A stretch of 62,195 bases of DNA, the filler included, from Myxococcota bacterium (GTDB taxonomy: Bacteria > Myxococcota_C > UBA6777), in the NCBI GenBank assembly GCA_023150835.1. It is 3 parts of 3 records of this genome, joined end to end, with 100 filler letters (N's around TTAATTAATTAA, not from the genome) between each part and the next. Parts side by side here need not be neighbours in the genome. Positions count along the whole stretch, not along the records: positions 24,949 to 49,631 come from JAKLKB010000106.1; positions 49,732 to 62,195 come from JAKLKB010000165.1; 1 more part is not named here. The stretch is one strand, 5' to 3'. Shown here piece after piece: positions 45,006 through 55,050 of this stretch. Each line of letters starts with the position of its first letter. Position 1 is the stretch's first letter. The notes under the pieces are model-generated. The model did not search any database and was not told the DNA's origin. It was given only the letters and a program-made list of their open reading frames with translations. Position numbers and translations under genes: made by a program.

Positions 45006-47267
45006 CTAGCGCAGTTGTTGTGCTTTTTGCAGCCAAAGTCTTGCTTCATCAAAGCGTTGCAATCGTTGTAGTGTGTAAGAAAGAGAAAGGTAAACTTGTT
45101 TTTTCGGTCGGATGCTGGCGGCTTGTTGCAAAGCGCGAAGGGCGGACGAAAGATCGTTGGTGTACAGCGCAAACAATCCTTGAAGATAGCGAGGCAATTG
45201 TGCGTTGGGTTGCGCATGGACAGCACGCGCAAGTTCAGCCCGAATCAACGGGACATTCTTTGGCACGTTGGCCCAATCGTGCAATCGCGGCATATCTCCA
45301 AACGGGCGCAAAAAGCGATAACGATGCAACGTAAGCCACTCCGCAGACGAAGGAGAATTCAACACATACACCGCCGCTTGATCGTCCCAATAGACCAACG
45401 ACCATCGTTCGCGATGCCGCTCTAGCCAAGGTTTCATTTGAACAAACAGGCTGTGGTTCACCAACAAGATCTCAACGCGATACGGTTGGAGGATATCGGA
45501 AAAGTCCTTCACACGGACAAATTCTTTTACCAGAGGTGCAAACAAAAGATTACGCCCATCCCAAAATATCGGTCGTTTCAGCTTCCAACCGTAAAACCCG
45601 CCCTCGTTTTGGTGGTGAAAAATACGCCCTTGTAGCCGATGTTTTTGAACAAATGCAGCGGCATACGCAGGAAAACGCGAAAGCGGTTCACGCACAAACA
45701 CCGCAGGTTGCCACAACAACCACGCCAAGGCGATCACAGCCAACGCAGTCAAAGAAGCCAAAAGTACAGAGGCTTGGGATATGGCGTCTCTTTGCAAACG
45801 ACCGCTGTCTTCAGATGCCTCACCTCGTTCTTTCTTGCTTTCCGCTTTTTCTACATCCGCCGAAAGGCTCGGAAGGTTCGATGCTTTGGCATCCGCTGAA
45901 AGGCTCGGAGGACTCGATGTTTTGGCATCCGCTGAAAGGCTCGGAGGATTCGATGTTTTGGCATCCGCTGAAAGGCTCGGAGGATTCGATGTTTTGGCAT
46001 CCGCTGAAAGGCTCGGAGGATTCGATGTTTTGGCATCCGCTGAAAGGCTCGGAGGATTCGATGTTTTGGCATCCTTCGATGTTTCTGCGCCCTTCGATCC
46101 TTGCTCGTCCTCCAAATGTATCGGGTTATTCGATGTTTTTGCTGCATCCTCCAAATGTGTCGGGTTGTTCGATACTTTGGTTGAGTGATCTTGGGAAATG
46201 CTTGGTAGTTGGCTTTCTTCGGGGGTGGGTGTATTCACCCGCAGTTCAGGGATCAAAAGCAACCGTACGCACCAAGGCAAAGAGAGCAGGGCAAAGTGAT
46301 CGATGAAACGGTTTGAGCGCAAGGCCAAGATCAGGAAAAAGAGAGAGGCAAAAGCCTCATAAAAGCGGATCCTGTGTAAAGCTCGACGAGCGGACCACAA
46401 AGCCAACAAGCACAAAGCCAAGAATAGAAAAAAGAACGGGTGTCCTGAGGGGGTTGGTGCGGCAAAGATCCCAAGATCAAAAGATATCCCGCTGTGATAG
46501 AAGAAGCGGTTTAGATACCAAGGATAAAGCCAAACATCGAGTCCGTTGGGGTTGATCAAAGAGGCGGCCATCCCCATGCCCCCAAAAGTCGTAACGCGCC
46601 ACATCTGCGGAGTTTCAGCGTACCGCCAGCTTCTCCAAACAGCCTCACACCATAATCCGCCAAGCAGCACAAATCCAAAGATCACACCCGCGTGAAGGTT
46701 TCCCCATGCAAGAAACAACAAAGCTCCGATGGCCCATGTAATTTTTTGTTGTAGCGCCTGATCACGCTGCAAAGCCCACCACAACAGCGCCAAAAACAGC
46801 GAGGTCACAAGGGCTGCGCGCAAGATCAAAAAAGGCGCAAGCAGGCACAACACCAAACACAAGATCGGCCACAACCAAGCCTGTCGCAAAGGGTCGATCA
46901 ATCGGCGTGTTGTGGTGATGAGGATCGAAACCAAAGCGACAGCCAGAAGCTGCTTCAGGACGATCAGGCCCTGTGTTCCGCCCATTCGATAAAACGCATA
47001 ACACAGTAGAGAGAAAAGCCATTCGTGTGTAATCCAAGGAGCATGAGGGCGAGTGTAAGAAAAGGCATCGTGGTGTAAGATCCGCCCGTGTTGCACCATC
47101 CACTCCCCCGATTGGAGATGCCAAAACAGGTCGTCATGTTTGATCGGAGTGGCTGCAAGAAACCACGCGAGAGCAAGAAGGCCCCCAACCGTCAACCAAG
47201 TCATCCATCGCAACAACAGCCGTGTTTGTTCGGTGAGCTTGTTTTGTGTGCTTGGGGCGAATGACAT
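45006..47267 (-). CDS. Polytopic membrane protein (possible GT-C glycosyltransferase-like) with a C-terminal TPR
   Basis: DDLFWHLQSGEWM, WITHEWL, WGNLHAG, INPNG, FWDGR; more than ten hydrophobic segments; TPR-like end. Confidence 0.65.
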   Translation of the reverse strand: MSFAPSTQNKLTEQTRLLLRWMTWLTVGGLLALAWFLAATPIKHDDLFWHLQSGEWMVQHGRILHHDAFSYTRPHAPWITHEWLFSLLCYAFYRMGGTQGLIVLKQLLAVALVSILITTTRRLIDPLRQAWLWPILCLVLCLLAPFLILRAALVTSLFLALLWWALQRDQALQQKITWAIGALLFLAWGNLHAGVIFGFVLLGGLWCEAVWRSWRYAETPQMWRVTTFGGMGMAASLINPNGLDVWLYPWYLNRFFYHSGISFDLGIFAAPTPSGHPFFFLFLALCLLALWSARRALHRIRFYEAFASLFFLILALRSNRFIDHFALLSLPWCVRLLLIPELRVNTPTPEESQLPSISQDHSTKVSNNPTHLEDAAKTSNNPIHLEDEQGSKGAETSKDAKTSNPPSLSADAKTSNPPSLSADAKTSNPPSLSADAKTSNPPSLSADAKTSSPPSLSADAKASNLPSLSADVEKAESKKERGEASEDSGRLQRDAISQASVLLASLTALAVIALAWLLWQPAVFVREPLSRFPAYAAAFVQKHRLQGRIFHHQNEGGFYGWKLKRPIFWDGRNLLFAPLVKEFVRVKDFSDILQPYRVEILLVNHSLFVQMKPWLERHRERWSLVYWDDQAAVYVLNSPSSAEWLTLHRYRFLRPFGDMPRLHDWANVPKNVPLIRAELARAVHAQPNAQLPRYLQGLFALYTNDLSSALRALQQAASIRPKKQVYLSLSYTLQRLQRFDEARLWLQKAQQLR
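45853..46075. repeat. 36-bp in-frame tandem repeat, about 6 copies
   Basis: GCATCCGCTGAAAGGCTCGGAGGATTCGATGTTTTG units encoding SADAKTSNPPSL. Confidence 0.92.
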
Positions 47268-47285
47268 TGAGATCTCCGCGTGGTG

Positions 47286-48104
47286 TTATGGCTCTCCTTT
47301 CGTTGCTTGGAAGGGCGGCGTGGGTTCGGGCAGCAACATTGGAGGTGTGGAGTCTAGCGTATCGTGTCCGTCCTTCGCCTTGGCTTTGCTTTCCGAAAAC
47401 AATCGAGCTTCAAGCGCGTCTTTTCCCCCAAGCAGCCCGATTTGGATGTGCTTTGCGCGAAGCACAAGAAGCTCGCACAGCCGCTTTCTCGCTTGCATAT
47501 AAGCGTCGATCAACGTTGCCAAGATGTGAAGTTGGCGAACACGCGCAGCGTTTCGGGCAGCGTACCATTCTTCGATATGCTTGCCCACCCCCTGACGACT
47601 TTGGACGGCTTGGCGCGCAGCAACTTTCAGTTCCAGATCGCTCAGTTCGCTGGCGAGGTCTTCCGCTTCCGCGTCTTCGTCGTGATAAAGGTGTTCTTCG
47701 TCTTCTTCGTGTTGCCCCCAAAAGATCAACCGCGCTGAAAGGTACACTTGCCGCAGCCACGCGTCGTCGTTGTGGCCGATTGGGATCGCCCCTTGTAAAG
47801 GGGCCTCGGTTTCTTTTTTTCCCAACCACGGGTGTTTTCCTTGGATCTGGCGTAATTCAAGGCTGGACGCATGAGAAACAGCCCCACGCAAAAGGATCTC
47901 ACGCGCACAAGCGCAAGCAAACTCAAAAAGTACAGCACGGGGAAGTTTTCTGGACAAAAGCACATCTTCCAGAGATACCGAACCCTCTCTCAAGCGCAAA
48001 GCCAGTTCCCTCACGACGGCTTCTCCTCTACTTATCCATGAAATCACCATCTCGTTCACCTCAACCCGCCCCTCTGTTTTTGGTTGTTCTTTAAAAGATG
48101 CCAA
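47286..48104 (-). CDS. Hypothetical protein
   Basis: 272-aa ORF co-oriented and tightly packed between mutY and the membrane-protein gene; no motif recognised. Confidence 0.5.
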   Translation of the reverse strand: MASFKEQPKTEGRVEVNEMVISWISRGEAVVRELALRLREGSVSLEDVLLSRKLPRAVLFEFACACAREILLRGAVSHASSLELRQIQGKHPWLGKKETEAPLQGAIPIGHNDDAWLRQVYLSARLIFWGQHEEDEEHLYHDEDAEAEDLASELSDLELKVAARQAVQSRQGVGKHIEEWYAARNAARVRQLHILATLIDAYMQARKRLCELLVLRAKHIQIGLLGGKDALEARLFSESKAKAKDGHDTLDSTPPMLLPEPTPPFQATKGEP

Positions 48105-48153
48105 GGCGTGCGAGAAGTGATCTGATCTGGATCAAGGTAAGCCTTCAAACAGG

Positions 48154-49521
48154 TCACTTGTGGAAGCGCTGCTCTTCGGCTTGAAGGTTCGCGTGGGAGG
48201 ATGCGATTTCTTTTAAGACGCGACGAGTGATCGAAGAGAGAGCAAGGTTCGGAAGGTTGTTGGGATCAACCCATCGGAAATGGGTTGTGAGCGTTGTGGG
48301 GAGTGCATGAACTTCGGAAAAAGAATAGACCGTGATGGAAAGCTTTCGGTGCGTGAGAAGGTGGCGATAACGGCCAAGGATTTGAGGGGAAGAGGCAAAC
48401 AGGCCGAAGTCTTGGAGTGCTTGGAGTAGGGTCGTTTCAGAGATCTCGGTTTTTCCGGGCTGATATAAGCCGGGCAGTTCCCACATCTCCGCAAAAAGGC
48501 CCTTTTCTGGACGTTGAACAAGAAGGATCGCTTGTTCTTTTTGGACAACAGCCCATGCCACCTGCCAGAGGGGTGATTCTTTGGTGCGTTTGGGAGTGGG
48601 AAGAAAAGCGACTTTTCCAGACGCAAAGCCCCGACACCACGAGCGGACAGGGCAGATTAGGCAGGTTGGTTTTCGTGGAAGGCAACAAGTCGCTCCAAGT
48701 TCCATCAAGGCTTGGTTGAGATCGCCGGGAAGATCTCCGCGAACAAGTTGTTCTGCGATCTGCCAAGACGCACGCTCAAGTTCTTTAGAGCCGATAGGAT
48801 CGAGAAGGTAGAACAAGCGAGACAAGATACGAAAGACGTTTCCGTCGACAAGCGGGGCGACTTCATCAAAAGCGATACTCGCGATCGCTCCGGCGGTATA
48901 GCGTCCAATCCCGGGCAAAGAAAGGATCGCGTGATGTGAAGGAGGGAACTCCCCTGCGTGCTGCTCAACGATCACTTTGGCAGCCTGGTGGAGCAACTTC
49001 GCACGACGATAATAACCAAGGCCCGACCACATCGCCAAAACCTCCTCAAGCGGGGCTTGAGCGAGAGCGAAAACAGTAGGATAACGTGCAAGAAAACGGT
49101 GATAATAAGGGATGACTGTTTCGACTCGGGTTTGTTGAAGCATGATCTCAGAAAGCCAGATGGCGTAGGGATCTTTTGTGTCGCGCCAAGGAAGATCGCG
49201 CCGTTGTTGGCGATACCACGCGATCAAAGTGCAGCGAAAGCCCACTCGCTCGGCTTCGTCAAGGTTCCACCTGCCTTGCGAGAGATGCGCCCAAGAAGCC
49301 TCTTGTTGCGCCTCTCGTTCGGAGTGTGGGTGGTGTTGCGATGCGCTTTGGTCTTGTTCGGTGTCAATGCTCTCGCTTAGAGCGGATGGAGTGGTGTCAT
49401 GAACGATATCACTTAGATCGGGCGGAGTGGTGTCATGAACAATATTGCTCAGATCGGACGGAGTGGGTTCTTTGAGGGGGGTGCTTTGTTGAACGGTGCG
49501 ATGTTTTTTTGTGCGAGTCAT
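48154..49521 (-). CDS. mutY: A/G-specific adenine glycosylase MutY
   Basis: RDLPWR, WLSEIMLQQTRV, WSGLGYY, LPGIGRYTAGAI, VDGNV, C-x6-C-x2-C-x5-C Fe-S motif. Confidence 0.95.
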   Translation of the reverse strand: MTRTKKHRTVQQSTPLKEPTPSDLSNIVHDTTPPDLSDIVHDTTPSALSESIDTEQDQSASQHHPHSEREAQQEASWAHLSQGRWNLDEAERVGFRCTLIAWYRQQRRDLPWRDTKDPYAIWLSEIMLQQTRVETVIPYYHRFLARYPTVFALAQAPLEEVLAMWSGLGYYRRAKLLHQAAKVIVEQHAGEFPPSHHAILSLPGIGRYTAGAIASIAFDEVAPLVDGNVFRILSRLFYLLDPIGSKELERASWQIAEQLVRGDLPGDLNQALMELGATCCLPRKPTCLICPVRSWCRGFASGKVAFLPTPKRTKESPLWQVAWAVVQKEQAILLVQRPEKGLFAEMWELPGLYQPGKTEISETTLLQALQDFGLFASSPQILGRYRHLLTHRKLSITVYSFSEVHALPTTLTTHFRWVDPNNLPNLALSSITRRVLKEIASSHANLQAEEQRFHK

Positions 49522-49631
49522 TTTTTGGGTCGTTGGGTACGGATCAGGGTGGCGTCATCAGGCGCAAAGGGATCGTGTGGGATAGAGAGCGCTTTGCTGG
49601 AGGAAGGGGGGCGAGGGGCGTTCATGTTGGC

Positions 49632-49731
49632 NNNNNNNNNNNNNNNNNNNNNNNNNNNNNNNNNNNNNNNNNNNNTTAATTAATTAANNNNNNNNNNNNN
49701 NNNNNNNNNNNNNNNNNNNNNNNNNNNNNNN
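49632..49731. other. Artificial contig linker / assembly gap
   Basis: N run with central TTAATTAATTAA, 100 bp. Confidence 0.97.
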
Positions 49732-49928
49732 TGCATACAGCGTGTGTCATGAAAAAACAAAATCCCCGCTGCTTCCGACTTTCGCTCCCTCCCCTGTTCA
49801 CGGGGGAGGGCTGGGGTGGGGGGGCCAACAAGCGCTTAACCTAACGCCTATGGGGGCAGCCCCCTGTGGCTTCCCGATAATCGGGCATCTGCGAATGATG
49901 CTTTGTGTACATCACTCGGATATCGTAT
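49732..49928 (+). repeat. Family C repeat joined to a partial family A repeat
   Basis: 49732-49853 is the reverse complement of about 62057-62179; followed by GGGGCAGCCCCCTGTGGCTTCCC...GGATATCGTAT. Confidence 0.85.
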
Positions 49929-50000
49929 TACCTCCCGTTTGCCCGCCCTCACAGAGCGGTGATTGCGCGATGTTCACATCGCCGCATGGAGAACTCGATC

Positions 50001-51074
50001 ATGCGCCGTTTTCCTCCGTTTTGCACACAGAACCACACGCAAAAGCCCTATCACAACGCCAAAAACGCTTGCTCTCTTCTCCGTTTCGACACGCATCCGC
50101 TCTGCGCCCTTCTCTTCTTGCTTTTCCTCCCATCCTGCACCTCCCCCGCCTCTCCTACTCTCGACGATCAACTCCGCCTCCACCACATCCAGATCAAAGG
50201 CACCCACAACAGCTACCACATCTCCCCCAACAACGGCGTCAAACCGTGGGACTACACCCACGCCCCGCTCACCGAACAACTCGACCAACAAGGCGTACGA
50301 AAGTTTGAACTCGACCTCTATTGGTCCCCCGAACACAAACGCTTTGATGTCCTCCACGTCCCCGGATTCGACCCCCACAGCCGATGCCCGCTCTTCACAG
50401 ACTGCCTCTCCGAGATCAACGCTTGGTCGAGCAAACATCCCACCCACCTCCCTGTCTTTGTCTTCCTCGAAGCCAAAGAATCTTCTCCACCCGACGGATG
50501 GGATCTCTATTACCAACGCCTCGAAGCGGCCATCCTTTCGGTCTTTCCGCGCAAAGGACTCTTTACCCCTGACGATCTCCGCAAAGAACACCCCTCCCTC
50601 CAAGCCGCCCTCCAAAAAGACGGATGGCCAACCCTCCGAGAAGTCCGTGGCAAGGTTCTCTTCGTCCTGCTCGTCGGTGGCGAAAAGCGCGATGCCTACA
50701 CCAAAAACGATCCTGCACAGCAAGACCGCCTGTGTTTTGTCACCGCTGAAACCAACGATCCTTTCGCTGCCATCGTCAAAATCGATTCCCCCCTCGGCAA
50801 CGAACCCCAGATCCAAGCCGCCATCCGCGCCCACTTGATCGTGCGCACACGCGCTGACTCCCCCGAAGATGAACATGATCCCAAACGCCTCGCTGCCGCC
50901 CTCCAAAGCGGCGCACACATCATCAGCACCGATGTCCCCGTCCCCCAAGCAGGCACCTCCTACGTTGTCACCCTCCCCAACGCAAACCCCGCTCGCTGTA
51001 ACCCCATCCTCGCCCCTCCCGAATGTACCCCCCAAGCCCTCGAAGATCTCGCCTCCACACCATCCAAACCCTAA
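50001..51074 (+). CDS. Ca2+-dependent phosphoinositide-specific phospholipase C-like lipoprotein
   Basis: QIKGTHNSYH, QLDQQGVRKFELD, WPTLREVRGKVLF, VRTRAD, SGAHIISTD; lipobox LFLPSC; start uncertain. Confidence 0.8.
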   Translation: MRRFPPFCTQNHTQKPYHNAKNACSLLRFDTHPLCALLFLLFLPSCTSPASPTLDDQLRLHHIQIKGTHNSYHISPNNGVKPWDYTHAPLTEQLDQQGVRKFELDLYWSPEHKRFDVLHVPGFDPHSRCPLFTDCLSEINAWSSKHPTHLPVFVFLEAKESSPPDGWDLYYQRLEAAILSVFPRKGLFTPDDLRKEHPSLQAALQKDGWPTLREVRGKVLFVLLVGGEKRDAYTKNDPAQQDRLCFVTAETNDPFAAIVKIDSPLGNEPQIQAAIRAHLIVRTRADSPEDEHDPKRLAAALQSGAHIISTDVPVPQAGTSYVVTLPNANPARCNPILAPPECTPQALEDLASTPSKP

Positions 51075-51088
51075 CCCAAGGTCACACC

Positions 51089-52567
51089 ATGCCTCTCTTC
51101 TTTCTTCTTTCTTGTCAGGTAGGACTTACACAGTCGGATAGTTTTCGTGGGGTGTCACCCCACACCCCACAAGGGAGCACCGCTCCCTTGACCCCGTATT
51201 GGCGAAACGAGCACTGTTTTTCAAACCAGCAACGCTCTCGCTTGAAACAGCGCGAACACGGCTTTTTTTGGCAACCACGCCACGTTGCGGCTTGTCTCTT
51301 TTTATTTCTCGGTGTTTTGATGCTGCCCTTCACCGCAAATGCGCAATCCATCCCCTCCCTTCTGCTTTTTGTCGGAAACAGCTACACCTACGGCAACGAT
51401 CCCCAAGCCCTCAACCAACAAACCATCGCCATGCTCCGAGAGTTCCTTCCCCCACAAACCACCACCCACCAAGAACGCATCGCTTATGGCGGATATCTCT
51501 GGGAACAACACCTCGCTGACCTCCAAAACACCCAAACCATCAAGCCTTTGCGCCAACTCCTCCTCGAAAGCCAAGATCCCCTTCATCGCTGGCAATGGGT
51601 CGTCTTCCAAGAACAAAGCCAGATCCCGGGCATCCCCGAAACCGACCCCTACGCCCAACGCAGCACCGCCGCCATCCAACAACTCGCGGCCACCGTACAT
51701 ACACGCAACGCACGCTCCATCTTGCTCATGACATGGGGGCGACGAGATGGCGACTCACAAAACAAGACCCTATTTCCCGACTTCAAAACCATGCAAGCAC
51801 GCCTTCGCGATGGCTATCTTCGCTACCGCACTCGCGCCTCTACCCCCCAATACACCGTCTACATCGCGCCCGCTGGCATCGCATGGGAACACCTTTACGA
51901 CGATATCAAACGCAACGGCCAAGACCCTCTACGCCCTGAAAGCCTCTGGTATCGGCTCTATGATGCCGATGGCAGCCACCCCTCCCTCCTTGGAACTTTC
52001 CTCGCTGCCGCCACCCTCACCGCCGCACTCACGGGCCGCGATCCCCGCTCTCTCACCTACAACCCCTCCCCCAACATCCTCGAAGCCGAACGCAAACAAC
52101 TCCTCCAAGCCGCTTACCAAGCCGTCTTCCAAAATACCCTACCCTTCCCCTTCCCTTGGGCCTCCGCCTCCGAACCCAACCAAGAACCCACACCCGAATC
52201 CCCCCATGAATCCGAACCCACACAAACAAACACCGAACCTGCTTCCCCCGATGCTTCGATCGAATCCACCACTTCCGAAACTCCCCATGAATCCGAACCC
52301 ACACAAACAAACACCGAAACTCCCCATGAATCCGCCTCTTCTGAATCCTCCATTGAATCACCTCTTGAGTCCGTTCACTCCGAGATCTCGACCGAATCAT
52401 CCACTGAACAGCCCCCCCAAGACGCCCTTCCTTCCGATACGAACAGCACACCCAATGCCCAAGGCTGTTGCGCAGCCCATCCAACCGCTTCTCTCGATCT
52501 CCCGACCTTGCTCCTTTTGCTCTTCGGACTCATCTTCTTTCTCCGCCGTTTTGCTTATGGCGTGTAG
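51089..52567 (+). CDS. SGNH hydrolase-like (DUF4886-like) surface protein with an E/P/T/S linker and MYXO-CTERM-like sorting signal
   Basis: LFVGNSYT, VVFQEQS, MTWGRRDG, DGSHPS; C-terminal GCC...hydrophobic helix...RR. Confidence 0.78.
   Translation: MPLFFLLSCQVGLTQSDSFRGVSPHTPQGSTAPLTPYWRNEHCFSNQQRSRLKQREHGFFWQPRHVAACLFLFLGVLMLPFTANAQSIPSLLLFVGNSYTYGNDPQALNQQTIAMLREFLPPQTTTHQERIAYGGYLWEQHLADLQNTQTIKPLRQLLLESQDPLHRWQWVVFQEQSQIPGIPETDPYAQRSTAAIQQLAATVHTRNARSILLMTWGRRDGDSQNKTLFPDFKTMQARLRDGYLRYRTRASTPQYTVYIAPAGIAWEHLYDDIKRNGQDPLRPESLWYRLYDADGSHPSLLGTFLAAATLTAALTGRDPRSLTYNPSPNILEAERKQLLQAAYQAVFQNTLPFPFPWASASEPNQEPTPESPHESEPTQTNTEPASPDASIESTTSETPHESEPTQTNTETPHESASSESSIESPLESVHSEISTESSTEQPPQDALPSDTNSTPNAQGCCAAHPTASLDLPTLLLLLFGLIFFLRRFAYGV
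51143..51272 (+). repeat. Dispersed repeat family B copy inside the 5' end of the SGNH ORF
   Basis: GTGGGGTGTCACCCCACACCCCACAAGGGAGC...CCCTTGACCCCGTAT...CGCTTGAA...GAACACGGCTTTTTT. Confidence 0.82.
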
Positions 52568-52573
52568 ATCTCT

Positions 52574-52688
52574 CGATAACCCCCAAGCATCCGCCGATTC
52601 GTGGATCTTACGATAACTCACGAGCATCCGCCGCTTCGTGGATCTTACGATAACTCACGAGCATCCGCCGCTTCGTGGACCTTACGAT
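52574..52688. repeat. 37-bp tandem repeat, 3 copies, plus a degenerate copy near 52860
   Basis: CGATAACTCACGAGCATCCGCCGCTTCGTGGATCTTA units at 52574, 52611 and 52648. Confidence 0.88.
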
Positions 52689-52689
52689 C

Positions 52690-52863
52690 ATACGAAATCC
52701 GCCCATGGTGTGATCGACGGAGCTTCGTGTGTCTCACGAACATACGAAATCCGCCCATGGTGTGATCGACGGATGTAGGGGCAGCCCCCTGTGGCTGCCC
52801 AAGAACAGGGCGTATACAGCAACTCGTGGCAACGTTTTGTGTACACGTCTCTCGAATATCGTA
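52690..52863 (+). repeat. Family A repeat (duplicated left end plus a full copy)
   Basis: ATACGAAATCCGCCCATGGTGTGATCGACGGA at 52690 and 52742, then the GTAG hairpin and GAATATCGTA. Confidence 0.85.
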
Positions 52864-52948
52864 CAACCCCCAAGCATCCGCCGTTTCGTGCATCACCGCC
52901 ATCAAAACGTTCCGCACCAACCCCACCGCATCGGAGAAAAGAACTGCC

Positions 52949-53602
52949 ATGTTCTTCTTTGCAAACAAAAAAACCAAACTCCCTGATCCAGCAAGCGCAC
53001 TCCCGGGTAGAACCCAAGCGATCCCAACGTCCACTACCCACTTTGTTCTACAAACGCCGATCAAACCGCCGTTTCCGACACATCTACAACAAGCGCTCTT
53101 TGGAATGGGTTGCTTTTGGGGAGCCGAACGCAAGTTCTGGACGCAACAAGGCATCCACACCACCGCTGTCGGATACGCCGCAGGGATCACACCCAACCCC
53201 ACTTACCACGAGGTCTGCTCTGGAATGACGGGACACAATGAAGTCGTCCTCGTTGTCTTTGATCCGCTCACGATCTCTTATCAAGCCCTGCTGCGGATCT
53301 TTTGGGAGTCTCACGATCCCACCCAAGGCATGCGCCAAGGCAACGATACCGGCACACAATACCGTTCCGGGATCTACACCTCCGACAACACCCAACACCA
53401 ACAAGCCCTCGCCACACGCGATGCCTTCCAACCTCGTCTTCTCGCCGCTGGCTTCGGCACGATCACCACCGAGATCTTGCCTGCCCCCACCTTCTACTAC
53501 GCCGAAGAATACCACCAACAATACCTCGCCAAAGTTCCCGATGGGTACTGTGGACTCGGTGGAACGGGGGTCTCCTGCCCTATTGGCCTTCTCCCTGCTT
53601 AA
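52949..53602 (+). CDS. msrA: Peptide-methionine (S)-S-oxide reductase
   Basis: [49 protein letters not shown]. Confidence 0.96.
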   Translation: MFFFANKKTKLPDPASALPGRTQAIPTSTTHFVLQTPIKPPFPTHLQQALFGMGCFWGAERKFWTQQGIHTTAVGYAAGITPNPTYHEVCSGMTGHNEVVLVVFDPLTISYQALLRIFWESHDPTQGMRQGNDTGTQYRSGIYTSDNTQHQQALATRDAFQPRLLAAGFGTITTEILPAPTFYYAEEYHQQYLAKVPDGYCGLGGTGVSCPIGLLPA

Positions 53603-53773
53603 AGCCTCTTCTATTGCCTCGGTGGTATGGGAGAAATCGCCTGTTTCTTGCCTCGAAGAATTTCTCCGCACCTGAGGCTTGCATCCAAGCGCCTATCGCT
53701 CTACTCTCCTCCACGCTGATCCCCTTTTCACCGCGCCGATCTCTCCGATCTTGCGCTTACAGGAGCCGAGAAC

Positions 53774-54439
53774 ATGCTGTTTGCAACAGGCACTTTCCTT
53801 TCCATGCTCTTTGATTTCCTCCTCAAACTCTTTGGCCCGATCCTTGGTGTTTTGGCTGGCTGGTACTGGGGCCAATGGCAAGCCAACGCTTCTTGGAAGA
53901 AAAAAGAATTCAAAACCGTCCTTTTGCTCGGACTCAACCAGATCCAACGCCTTGATCCCCAAGCCTCCGAACAAAAATACGCTGCGTCTCTCAAACTGCG
54001 CACGCTTTTCGAACGCAAGATCGAAAGCATCTTCCCCAACAAAGCCATGCTCGATCTGGTCACCCAAGGCATCGAAAAAACCACCGAACAAGATCCGCTC
54101 GTCCGCTTTCCCAAAGAAGACGGGTGGTTCGTCCTCAATCGCGTCCTCAACGAGATCGCCGAACAGTTCGCCACCGGCACACTCAAACGCGACATGGGCC
54201 TCCCCGTCCACAACCAGTCCTATCTCTTCTGCTTGACCTTCGAGCGCGACGGCAAAATGCACCAATTCAAACCCCGCGTCTTGATGATTCAAAAGCAAGA
54301 ACTCCTCAACTTCCCCGACAACGGAGCCATCTTACTCGAAAGTCCCAACCACGAAGTCCGTGTCCGTACCCTTCGCCAACTCAAAAAAGAATACCAAAGC
54401 AATCCTCATCTCTTTATGGAACTGGAGATATCCCTCTAA
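53774..54439 (+). CDS. Hypothetical protein with an N-terminal membrane anchor
   Basis: AGGAG RBS, N-terminal hydrophobic helix, 221-aa ORF with genome-typical codons. Confidence 0.65.
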   Translation: MLFATGTFLSMLFDFLLKLFGPILGVLAGWYWGQWQANASWKKKEFKTVLLLGLNQIQRLDPQASEQKYAASLKLRTLFERKIESIFPNKAMLDLVTQGIEKTTEQDPLVRFPKEDGWFVLNRVLNEIAEQFATGTLKRDMGLPVHNQSYLFCLTFERDGKMHQFKPRVLMIQKQELLNFPDNGAILLESPNHEVRVRTLRQLKKEYQSNPHLFMELEISL

Positions 54440-54507
54440 TATCCACCCACTTCCGCCCACAACTGCTGCGACGCCCCTCAATACAGCCCTCGGAGTTTTG
54501 CCTTCAA

Positions 54508-55041
54508 ATGACCCAACCTTCTTCTCGGCCCCCAAAAACCGAAGTGCCGATGTCATCACCCCAAAACGCCGCCCCTTCCCCCCAAACCGAAGTGCCGATG
54601 TCATCATCCCGAAAGATCCGCGTGATCCATCACCCTCACCACGCCCAAAAACGCCAAACCCACACCTTTTATCCCACCCTCTCTCCCCAAGAACCCGAAG
54701 ACTCCCACCTTTCAACCGAAGAACGCCGTATCCTCGAATCCTCCGACCTTCTCACTCGATTTCGGATCGCCACCGAGATGTTGCGTACGGGTCGATTCTT
54801 TCGATCTATCGAGGCTTTTGATTACATTCAACAACAACACCCCGAGCAAGCCGCACACACACACGCCCAAATCGGTGCCGCTCACTTTTTCCTCCACCAC
54901 TACGAAAAAGCCATCCACCACTACGAAAAAGCCCTTGAACTCGGTGCCAACCCAACCATGATGCACGCCAACATTCTCGAAGCCCGCAACGCACAACAAC
55001 CCTACAACCATCACCCCTCCAATCAGAAAGAAATCGGGTAA
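54508..55041 (+). CDS. Small TPR protein
   Basis: AQIGAAHFFLHHYEKAIHHYEKALEL TPR-like motif; start uncertain because of a 48-bp duplication near the N-terminus. Confidence 0.55.
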   Translation: MTQPSSRPPKTEVPMSSPQNAAPSPQTEVPMSSSRKIRVIHHPHHAQKRQTHTFYPTLSPQEPEDSHLSTEERRILESSDLLTRFRIATEMLRTGRFFRSIEAFDYIQQQHPEQAAHTHAQIGAAHFFLHHYEKAIHHYEKALELGANPTMMHANILEARNAQQPYNHHPSNQKEIG

Positions 55042-55050
55042 GCAACAAAG

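Noticed and set aside
52574-52688. Possible CRISPR array with 37-bp repeats
   Set aside because: Units are head-to-tail with no spacers
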